From NCBI GenBank assembly GCA_038204785.1, contig JBBRCP010000001.1, forward strand, positions 1,403 through 65,402: a stretch of 64,000 nucleotides of DNA, given 5' to 3'. Source of the DNA: Erysipelotrichales bacterium. GTDB taxonomy: Bacteria > Bacillota_I > Bacilli_A > Erysipelotrichales > Erysipelotrichaceae. Under the pieces are notes generated by a model that made no database searches, was not told the DNA's origin, and worked only from the letters and a program-made list of their open reading frames with translations. The translations under genes were made by a program, and so were the position numbers. Of this stretch, positions 56,524-64,000 are shown in pieces. Numbering within the stretch: position 1 is the stretch's first letter; the number at the start of each line of letters is the position of its first letter.

Positions 56524-59500
56524 TTATCTCCGGCCTACTTTCTCAATAAAAACCTTTACAAGTTCCGGATCAAATTGCTTGCCTGCACAATGTCGCAACT
56601 CTTCGATTGCGCTCTCATGTGACATTGGATTCTTATAACTTCTCAAACTTGTCATAGCGTCGTAGGCATCGACAATGGATATGATTCTTGATTCAACCGG
56701 AATTGCTTCCCCTATCAATCCTTTTGGATATCCTTTGCCATCCCAACGTTCGTGATGAGCTAAAATATACTCGCTGATATCCACCATAGTTTCATTGGTA
56801 CTTAAGATTCGATATCCTACTTCAGGATGTTTTTTCATTTCTTCCCATTCATCAGCATTCAATTTACCCACCTTACTTAGGATACTCTCATCGATAGCGA
56901 TCTTTCCGATATCATGAAGCAATCCGGCTGCTTTGAGCACCTTGGTTTTATCAGCAGAGAAACCTAACGCAATACTCATTTTTTCGCAAAGAAATGAAAC
57001 TCTTTGCGAATGTGCTTCTTCTCTTGAGTTCTTTTCAAACAATGCATTAATAATCGAGAGGATCGCTTTCCCTCGTACACTTGGGCTATCAAATAGTTTT
57101 TTCTTATACATCTGATCTTCGGCACTTTTTAAAATACTTTCAAACCTCTCTTCTTCAAGATGTTTGGTTGCACAACCCAATGAAATCGATATTTCTGTTG
57201 AATTTACTTTTTGTTTCGCAATCAAGGTTTGGATTCGATCAATTATTTGTTCAGTTTGTAAAGTGTCTGTTTTAGGTAACAAAACAACAAATTCGTCTCC
57301 TCCATATCTAGCAACAATATCATCTGTTCGACACCCTTCAGTCATTGCTTCTGCCATTTTAATCAGCAGCTCATCCCCGGTGGCATGACCAAAAGCATCA
57401 TTCATTTGTTTTAACCCATTCACATCACCCATAATAACAGTCATGGGTAGATTTCTTGGTGTATCAAGTCGATTGACCTCTTCTTCAAAAAACCGACGAT
57501 TATATAGCCCAGTTAGATGATCATGATAACTGATTTTAATGATTTCGGCTTCTTGCATTTTTTGTTCAGTAATATCTTGAGAAACGATCTGAATCCCACT
57601 CGTTTGATTTTGACTGTTAGTAATCTTCGTGAATGTGCTAATAAACCATCGAGCTCCGCTTTGAAGAATTACTTTATCTTCATATTTGCGCGTCTTCTCC
57701 TCAATCGAACATAATCTAATTCTCTCCATATAGAAGTTAGCTTCTTCTTCTGGAAAATAATCAAAAATTGATTTACCAACAAAATCCTCACTGTTTCCAC
57801 CCATATTTCCGGCTGCAACTCTGTTGAAAGAAATAGTGATGCCATCTATCGAATAATAGGAAATTGCAACCCCAGAAGATTCATAAAGCGCTCGATAGGT
57901 TTGTTCACTTTCTAAAAGCTTAACATTCATTTCTTTTCGTTCCGTGATGTCATGGAAATTAAGGAGTATCCCTTTTATGGAAGGATTATTCAGACAATTT
58001 TTTCCTGATATTTCAATCCACTTAAAATTTCCGTCTTTACAACGAAACCGAAACTCAACCATTTTAAGTTTATCTCTGTTTTCAACTAACAAATCAAACT
58101 CGATCTGCACTTTATCTAGGTCATCTGGATAAACCGTTTCCCAACAACAAGTACCGATTAGCTCCTCAGCTTTCCAACCAAAATACTTTTCGATATTCGA
58201 ACTCAAGTAGTTCACACTACCTTCATTATTTACAACACAGATGATATCGCCGATATTGGCAATCATGGTTTTATGCTTTTCTTCACTTTCTTTTAAAAGT
58301 TCTTCTGTCAATTTTCGCTCAGTAATATCGGAAATGATCGCCGCAAATTGATTTTTCTTCGGGCTATATGTATAGGTAGAAAAATACTTACCTACATGTT
58401 TAGAATAATTCTCAAAATAAACCGGTTTTCCACTTAATGCGACTTGACCATAGTTATCAATCCAGTATTGCTCAATATCAGGTAATATCTCTTTGACTCT
58501 TTTCCCGATTGACATCTCACGAGTTATTCCGGTTAATTTTGTAAAACTCTCATTGATATCTAAAAAACGATAGTCGATTGGTTTCCCCTTATCATCTACA
58601 ATGATCTCATGAAAGGCTAATCCCTGACTCATACCGGTAAATAATAATCGATGTCGCTCTTCACTTTCTTTTAGTTTATTTTCTGTCTGTATTCTTTCTG
58701 AAATATCCACTACAAAACTGAGTAGTAAAGCATGGTTATTTAATGTGACCGGTCTTACTATAATTTCAATTGGGAAAACAGTGCCGTCCTTCTTTTTATG
58801 ATATCGTAATGAAACTCTTTGAATACCGTCTTTTATAGCTTTCCTGCTTTTCTCGGGTTCAGCTGATATGTCGGCAACGTTTAGTTGCAGCATTTCAGAA
58901 CGACTGTATCCATATACACGACAAGCGGCTTCATTAACATCCACTATCGAACCTGTTTCGTGATCTAGTAAAAACAGAGGTTCAATAACAGAGGAGAATA
59001 AACTCGTATATAAACTTTCTCCTTCTTTCAGTTTCAGTTGTTCATTTTTGTAAATAAGCAGTGATCCAATTTGTCTCGAGTAATCTTCAACAATTTTATC
59101 TTGGTTAAATTTTTCATTTTTTAACATAAAGAGTGTGAAATCTCCAAGCATAACTTGATCTTTTTCGATTTTAATAAGAACGACTTCGCCAATAGTAAGC
59201 ATTGTTTCCAACTTCGTTACAACAGCTGTAGGTAAAACATCCCCTGATAATTCTATCAATGATTTGAACCGGGTAATCGTTGATTCTTTTATCTTTGCGG
59301 CTCGCACTGTGTCGTGCAAATATGTTTTTCCCTTAAAGTCTAAATCCATGATTTTTGAAACTTTCGCTATGAGCTTACTTTCACCACTTAGGGCAACTGT
59401 TGAGAAGTGTTTGCCATCCATTTCGTATACATTCATACATGCAAATTTAGCGCCGGACAACCGTAAAACATCATCCGTTAGGTGTTGATAATCAATGACA

Positions 59501-59583
59501 GCATCATTCTGATTAAAGAAGTAATCAAAAAAATGATTCGTGCTATCATGGTCTACGATTGTGTTTGGGTTTTTTGTTTTCAT
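56524..59583 (-). CDS. Multidomain c-di-GMP signalling protein: N-terminal sensor region, four PAS domains, GGDEF diguanylate cyclase, HD-GYP phosphodiesterase
   Basis: It has GGDEF (ARYGGDEFVV) with an RxxD I-site (RTDD) 5 residues upstream. The HD-GYP motifs are HDIGKIAI and HHERWDGKGYPKGL. The start is taken as the ATG at 59583; the alternative is the GTG at 59607. Confidence 0.85.
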   Translation of the reverse strand: MKTKNPNTIVDHDSTNHFFDYFFNQNDAVIDYQHLTDDVLRLSGAKFACMNVYEMDGKHFSTVALSGESKLIAKVSKIMDLDFKGKTYLHDTVRAAKIKESTITRFKSLIELSGDVLPTAVVTKLETMLTIGEVVLIKIEKDQVMLGDFTLFMLKNEKFNQDKIVEDYSRQIGSLLIYKNEQLKLKEGESLYTSLFSSVIEPLFLLDHETGSIVDVNEAACRVYGYSRSEMLQLNVADISAEPEKSRKAIKDGIQRVSLRYHKKKDGTVFPIEIIVRPVTLNNHALLLSFVVDISERIQTENKLKESEERHRLLFTGMSQGLAFHEIIVDDKGKPIDYRFLDINESFTKLTGITREMSIGKRVKEILPDIEQYWIDNYGQVALSGKPVYFENYSKHVGKYFSTYTYSPKKNQFAAIISDITERKLTEELLKESEEKHKTMIANIGDIICVVNNEGSVNYLSSNIEKYFGWKAEELIGTCCWETVYPDDLDKVQIEFDLLVENRDKLKMVEFRFRCKDGNFKWIEISGKNCLNNPSIKGILLNFHDITERKEMNVKLLESEQTYRALYESSGVAISYYSIDGITISFNRVAAGNMGGNSEDFVGKSIFDYFPEEEANFYMERIRLCSIEEKTRKYEDKVILQSGARWFISTFTKITNSQNQTSGIQIVSQDITEQKMQEAEIIKISYHDHLTGLYNRRFFEEEVNRLDTPRNLPMTVIMGDVNGLKQMNDAFGHATGDELLIKMAEAMTEGCRTDDIVARYGGDEFVVLLPKTDTLQTEQIIDRIQTLIAKQKVNSTEISISLGCATKHLEEERFESILKSAEDQMYKKKLFDSPSVRGKAILSIINALFEKNSREEAHSQRVSFLCEKMSIALGFSADKTKVLKAAGLLHDIGKIAIDESILSKVGKLNADEWEEMKKHPEVGYRILSTNETMVDISEYILAHHERWDGKGYPKGLIGEAIPVESRIISIVDAYDAMTSLRSYKNPMSHESAIEELRHCAGKQFDPELVKVFIEKVGRR

Positions 59584-59898
59584 GATTGACTCTTCTTTCT
59601 TATCCACTTTTTTATAAAATAAACCAACCTTTACGCTCGTGTGAACCTCTTTTGTTTAGTAACTTTGGGTGGGTTCCCTTTTCTATATAATATCAACTTA
59701 TTGTGAGAAATGGAATATAATTGATGGAAAACACGGATGATAATCGCTATTATTCTATTGAAAATTATCAATGATTGCTTCATAAGCAGAATCAATGAGC
59801 AATTAACCCTCTTCGATCTACATAACACTGGGTATGTTTTATTTATGAATAGAAGAAATACTAGGTAACTTTCATTCAGAAAAATATTCATATTCAAT

Positions 59899-59963
59899 AT
59901 GACAAGTTTACTTGACATTAAATTTAGTTGGGTTAGAATAGAAACGTAAAGTAAACTTGTCAT
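59899..59963 (+). promoter_or_regulatory. Promoter of the XRE gene, bracketed by a 13-bp perfect inverted repeat (candidate auto-operator)
   Basis: ATGACAAGTTTAC (59899-59911) and GTAAACTTGTCAT (59951-59963) flank -35 TTGACA (59912-59917), a 16-nt spacer and -10 TAGAAT (59934-59939). SD AAGGAG is at 59965-59970. Confidence 0.6.
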
Positions 59964-59974
59964 AAAGGAGAACT

Positions 59975-60178
59975 GTGAAAAACAACTTAGAGAAGCTTAG
60001 AAAAGAATATGGAGTAAGTCAGGAAGAACTGGCGATGATACTGAAAGTCTCGCGACAGACCATCGGTTCATTGGAGAAGGGCCAATATAACCCTTCTATC
60101 TTATTAGCTTATAAAATCTCACGCTATTTTAAAAAACCGATTGAAGAAATATTCATCGATGAGGAGGAAGAACAATGA
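59975..60178 (+). CDS. Small XRE-family helix-turn-helix transcriptional regulator
   Basis: 67 aa with HTH_3 pattern VSQEELAMILKVSRQTIGSLEKGQYNPS. It uses a GTG start after a strong SD. Confidence 0.85.
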   Translation: MKNNLEKLRKEYGVSQEELAMILKVSRQTIGSLEKGQYNPSILLAYKISRYFKKPIEEIFIDEEEEQ

Positions 60179-60585
60179 TTACAGACAATATCAAAAAGAA
60201 CAGGATCGCGTTGATTATCACAATCATCTTTACCATTGCAGGACTCTTGTTGACAAACTTGATCGATCAATTCGATTATAGCGGGTTTGTGGTTGGATTT
60301 GGTTCAAGTTTGAGTGCTGTTTTCGCGTTCAGATTGTTTAGAAATATCAAGCATCCGGAACTAATTGAGCAGGAAAACATCGACAATGCGGATGAACGCA
60401 ACCAAATCATCAATGGAAAAGCTGGATTCGCAAACTTCAGAGTCGCATCCATCCTCATAACCATCCAGTTAGTTATTTATTATTTCTTGCGGATGCCGAT
60501 TCCTCTTGCGATCTCTTTCGTTGTTTTGGGCTTAAATTTCATAAGTTTCGCTATATTGAGAAATCATTATGAGAAAAAGATGTAG
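60175..60585 (+). CDS. Small 4-TM membrane protein, translationally coupled to the XRE regulator
   Basis: 136 aa with four hydrophobic helices. It shares an ATGA overlap with the XRE gene. Confidence 0.6.
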   Translation: MITDNIKKNRIALIITIIFTIAGLLLTNLIDQFDYSGFVVGFGSSLSAVFAFRLFRNIKHPELIEQENIDNADERNQIINGKAGFANFRVASILITIQLVIYYFLRMPIPLAISFVVLGLNFISFAILRNHYEKKM

Positions 60586-60658
60586 GCTTAGGTAATTGTC
60601 TATTCATTATCTGGCTAATTTTGATTTTGAAGAATCCCTATCTTACCTAACTATGTAG

Positions 60659-60687
60659 AAAAAAATCGCTTGTTAGCGATTTTTTTC
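60659..60687. terminator. Bidirectional rho-independent terminator between convergent genes
   Basis: AAAAATCGCT-tgtt-AGCGATTTTT is flanked by A- and T-runs. Confidence 0.75.
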
Positions 60688-60712
60688 TTTATAAATACCT
60701 TCTCTATTTTTC

Positions 60713-63559
60713 TCATTTTGTCTTCAATTCTTTTCCCAGTTCATTTTTTCTTAGAATAAATCTGTCAAACAGTAAAATAATAGGTGGTAATACAATAAAT
60801 GTACTAAGTAGAGCTAATGTAATATTAATGACTGTCATCAATCCAAAGTCTTTTAATATTATAAATTGGGAAGCCATCAATACTGAGAATCCACCTACTG
60901 TTGTAAGACCTGATGCCACAATAGCTCTTCCTATCATCGTAACCGTGATAATCATCGATTCTACTTTTTCTTTTCCGGATTTTCTCTCTTCTAAGTATCT
61001 TTCAAGCAACATAACGGTCATCTCTGTTCCCATTCCCAACACTAATGCTCCTAGCGTTGCAGTAATGGGTGTATATTGGATGTTAAGTAAATACATTAAA
61101 CCACTGGACATCCCAATTATTAAAACTACTGGAAGGATTGGAATTAATGCCTTAAAAGGATTTCTATAGATAAGCAGAAGAGCTGCAAATACAAGAACTA
61201 AACCAATAACCGTCATCGTAACTCGCCCTGATGTTAGTCCATTTACCATTTCAACATCAAGTACACTTTTTCCGGTTATTTGAACCTTCATTGTTGTATC
61301 TTGCGAATCTTCTTTTAACTGTTTTATAAATGTTTGTAAATTCTCAGTAGGCAAATGTTTTATATTTAGAAGTATTACAGATTCTGTTTTAGCCTCATTA
61401 ACAAACATACTTTCCAACTGTTTTGGAAGTGTACTCACTAAATCAGTGTATTCCTCAAAACTTAAATTATTTTCTGTTGAAAGTTTTTGGACTAATGTGT
61501 CAATCGATTTTACGCCAACTACAATATCACCATATTTCTCTTTTATATTTGTTGTTTTCGTTTGTATCCAATTTATATTCTCACTTGTCAATACATTGCT
61601 ATCTTTTAAATAAATAGCGATTTGATCCGTTGAACCTAACTTATCTCTAATTACATGTATGTCCTTCAACGCTTGCATGTCTTGTGGCATAAAAGTTTCA
61701 ATATCTGTTTGGACCCCCACATTTTTATCAACTAAAAAACCCATGAATGATAAACCGACTACAATTATCAATATTGGAATCGATAATTTTATGACTATCT
61801 TTGTGGAAGTTTTCAATATTCTATCTAATCGTGTTTCCTTTACTATCGTGTTCTTGTTCGTATTTGTGGTATGTCTATTTTGATCGTTGTTTTTCTCTCT
61901 AAGATGTAATATCGGCATTAATAAGAAGATACTTCCTAAAAAGCTTATGATCACTCCTAGGGTCAACATTTTGCCAAAGTCTTGGATCATAGGTACTGGT
62001 GAAGCATATAATGAAATAAATCCCAATACTGTAGCAAAGACAGCGATCGCTACTGCTTTCCCTATTTGGTTCATCGTTTTCATTACTGATTTTTCTTCTT
62101 CATATCGATTATGAAATTGTATTGAATAGTCGATACCCAAACCTATTAAGATGGGGAAGACAGCCATCGATACCATTGTAATAGGTACACTCAAAATTCC
62201 CATAAATCCCAATGTTGCAATAACCGATACCAATATAATCCCTAAACTTAGCATCCGCCATTTAACTTTGAATACGAGCGCAAGGACAATAAGCATGATT
62301 AAGACAGCTAATCCTACCATCATAACCATATTCGCTTTCATTTCCGAGCGTAGCGAAGAATCTAGTATTGGCTTTCCTGATACGATATACGTAATTGTAT
62401 GAAAATCTTCTTTAGCGAGTATTGTTGTTAGGTCTTTTGCTATTTTATCCTTCTGTTCATCTTTCAGATTACCTTGTAGCTTTACAACCATTAAACTATT
62501 ATTAGTATCAATAACTACATCGGAAAAAATGGATCTAATTGTATGATTTTCATCATATAAAATATTATCTAATTCTGCTTGTTCACTAGGTATATCGGCA
62601 ATCATCATCGAACTCTTGGTATGAAATAATTTGAGTCCATTAGCTATATCTTCAAGTTTTCCTCCCATCGTAACAAAACCTGCTGCCATTTCTTTTAATG
62701 ATTCAGGAGATATGCCGCCCGTTAAACCTTCTTTCATTGAAGTAGTTTCTTTTGTTAAGTTAGCACTGATTGTTGTTAATGCTTTAGAAGTACTATCGGT
62801 TCCCACTTGGAAATTTGTTGTTTTCTCACCAATGGTTCTAATTCCCTGTGCACTTCCACTTATGTTAACTGAAATAGCGTTTAATTTTGATTTTAACTCA
62901 AGATTATCACCTGCTAAATTACTTAATTCTTTGAGTTGAACAGAGGCTGTTCCTAACCCGTCTGCCGCAACAAACAATCCTCCCTGTACCTGCTTTAAAC
63001 CTTCTGTGAGATTATCCTGACCAATAATCAACTTGCTAAATACCTGTGTTAACGCTGACAGTCCATCGAGTTTTTCGGCGATTATTTTTGGATCTTTGAT
63101 TTCTTTTGACCCAAGTTCATTACCAATATCAATCATTTTTGCGCTCATCTCAGCTAAACCTTGGCTTATGGCAAGTAATTGTTTTTTGATTTCAATGCTT
63201 TGTCTGTCAGTCATTTGATGAACTATGCTAGCTGGACTCATCAACGAAAAAACATTATCTTCGTATTTCAGTCTTTGCTCTACATCCCACATCTTTTTTA
63301 TATTCTCTTGAGATAGCAAATTATTTTGGGTATTAGCTGTGAAAAGAACTAAAATAGAATCACCGCCAAAAGAATCTTCAAGTTGTTTGTTTGATATAAA
63401 TACATCATTATCACTTTTAACTAGCGTCTCATTGCCCGTTGCCATTCTTATCTTTGATACGCCGGCAATCAAGATTGCGAAAAAGACAATTGTAATCAAA
63501 AGTACTTTAATGGGTTTAGATTCGATCAAACTGCCTATCCATTTAAATAACCTATTCAT
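60713..63559 (-). CDS. MMPL/RND-superfamily membrane transporter with a large helical-repeat extracytoplasmic insert
   Basis: About 948 aa with two 6-TM bundles. The start is set at the ATG at 63559, which overlaps the TetR stop by 8 nt. Confidence 0.75.
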   Translation of the reverse strand: MNRLFKWIGSLIESKPIKVLLITIVFFAILIAGVSKIRMATGNETLVKSDNDVFISNKQLEDSFGGDSILVLFTANTQNNLLSQENIKKMWDVEQRLKYEDNVFSLMSPASIVHQMTDRQSIEIKKQLLAISQGLAEMSAKMIDIGNELGSKEIKDPKIIAEKLDGLSALTQVFSKLIIGQDNLTEGLKQVQGGLFVAADGLGTASVQLKELSNLAGDNLELKSKLNAISVNISGSAQGIRTIGEKTTNFQVGTDSTSKALTTISANLTKETTSMKEGLTGGISPESLKEMAAGFVTMGGKLEDIANGLKLFHTKSSMMIADIPSEQAELDNILYDENHTIRSIFSDVVIDTNNSLMVVKLQGNLKDEQKDKIAKDLTTILAKEDFHTITYIVSGKPILDSSLRSEMKANMVMMVGLAVLIMLIVLALVFKVKWRMLSLGIILVSVIATLGFMGILSVPITMVSMAVFPILIGLGIDYSIQFHNRYEEEKSVMKTMNQIGKAVAIAVFATVLGFISLYASPVPMIQDFGKMLTLGVIISFLGSIFLLMPILHLREKNNDQNRHTTNTNKNTIVKETRLDRILKTSTKIVIKLSIPILIIVVGLSFMGFLVDKNVGVQTDIETFMPQDMQALKDIHVIRDKLGSTDQIAIYLKDSNVLTSENINWIQTKTTNIKEKYGDIVVGVKSIDTLVQKLSTENNLSFEEYTDLVSTLPKQLESMFVNEAKTESVILLNIKHLPTENLQTFIKQLKEDSQDTTMKVQITGKSVLDVEMVNGLTSGRVTMTVIGLVLVFAALLLIYRNPFKALIPILPVVLIIGMSSGLMYLLNIQYTPITATLGALVLGMGTEMTVMLLERYLEERKSGKEKVESMIITVTMIGRAIVASGLTTVGGFSVLMASQFIILKDFGLMTVINITLALLSTFIVLPPIILLFDRFILRKNELGKELKTK

Positions 63560-64000
63560 GGGCTTGAACGGACTTCTCTGTAGACTTTTCCAATAGCAGT
63601 GATACAACATTACTCACATAATTTTTAATCTTTTTTTCATTTCTTTCCGGCATAAACAAAAAAGATAATATGGATCCCATTAATAACCTTAATGTAAATT
63701 CTTTATCATTGATAGCCACCCCGATTTCGCTAAGCATCGTATCAAGAATATGAAGTATCCTCTTCACAAAACTCTCGCTTCCCAATTCAGATAAAAGTGA
63801 GGATTCTGTTAGAATCAGTTTAACTATTTTGTAGTTGTTGGAGATACAACTAATTCTCTCATATAAGATTTTTTCTAGTTTTGCTTCTGGACTTAATCCG
63901 ATTGAAGTATGAATAGATCCTTCTAAAGTACTAAACAAAATAGGTTCAATTCCTTGTAGAAAGAGCTCTTGTTTAGAGTTAAAGTACCTAAACAGTGTAA
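63552..64000 (-). CDS. TetR/AcrR-family transcriptional regulator (5' end outside the window)
   Basis: The frame stays open upstream of the track's TTG start and reads ...LFRYFNSKQELFLQGIEPILF..., the typical end of a TetR HTH region. It is followed by an all-helical ligand domain. Confidence 0.7.
   Translation of the reverse strand, partial: TLFRYFNSKQELFLQGIEPILFSTLEGSIHTSIGLSPEAKLEKILYERISCISNNYKIVKLILTESSLLSELGSESFVKRILHILDTMLSEIGVAINDKEFTLRLLMGSILSFLFMPERNEKKIKNYVSNVVSLLLEKSTEKSVQAHE

Noticed and set aside
59631-59963. 110-aa ORF on the minus strand between the GGDEF gene and the XRE gene
   Set aside because: The product is low-complexity and Ile/Leu/Asn-rich, typical of AT-rich intergenic DNA. 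It has no SD and overlaps the well-formed XRE promoter and operator.

Overview
This is a 64-kb chromosomal window from a low-GC Gram-positive (Bacillota-type) genome; I cannot assign a genus from sequence alone. It holds about 50 apparently intact protein genes. I saw no rRNA, tRNA, CRISPR array, transposase, integrase or phage genes.

Three sectors:

(1) 773-29,580, all on the minus strand: a composite cell-surface polysaccharide superlocus.
- An upstream module runs LCP ligase, CapD-like dehydratase, small phosphoglycosyl transferase, Wzy, GT2 and other glycosyltransferases, an acetyltransferase, an Fcl-like reductase, rmlADBC and Wzx.
- A monocistronic gene follows for a secreted RCC1-propeller / Ig-like / 6x ChW-repeat protein.
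- A second module follows: WbuB-like GT4, DUF2304, a second flippase, a DPM1-like GT2, a 700-aa polytopic membrane protein and GalE.
- The sector ends with a separately promoted FnlA/B/C (CapE/F/G) UDP-L-FucNAc operon.

(2) 29.7-49.7 kb, minus strand: a Bacillus-like housekeeping backbone.
- The genes are whiA-yvcK-rapZ, a CapN-like reductase, trxB, an Lgt-HAD(PpaX-like) fusion, hprK, uvrA, uvrB, an S41 Ctp protease, a solitary GH36 alpha-galactosidase, a coiled-coil M23 peptidase downstream of ftsEX, and yitT.

(3) 49.8-64 kb, mixed strands.
- The genes are vanZ, ppx-ppk1, an orphan COG1373-type AAA ATPase, a cation/H+ antiporter, a 4xPAS-GGDEF-HD-GYP protein, an XRE plus membrane-protein pair, and a TetR-MMPL pair whose TetR gene runs off the window end.
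- The AAA ATPase is preceded by three 40-bp-phased palindromic repeats.

No clear novel defence or mobile system is visible. The most unusual items:
- the RCC1-ChW gene splitting the polysaccharide locus;
- the polyprenyl-phosphate-sugar / GT-C-like module;
- the Lgt-HAD fusion;
- the phased palindromes upstream of the ATPase;
- the ~650-nt ORF-free tract at the left edge.

The ORF track uses alternative start codons. Several starts were therefore re-assigned to downstream ATG or GTG codons that have good Shine-Dalgarno (SD) sequences.
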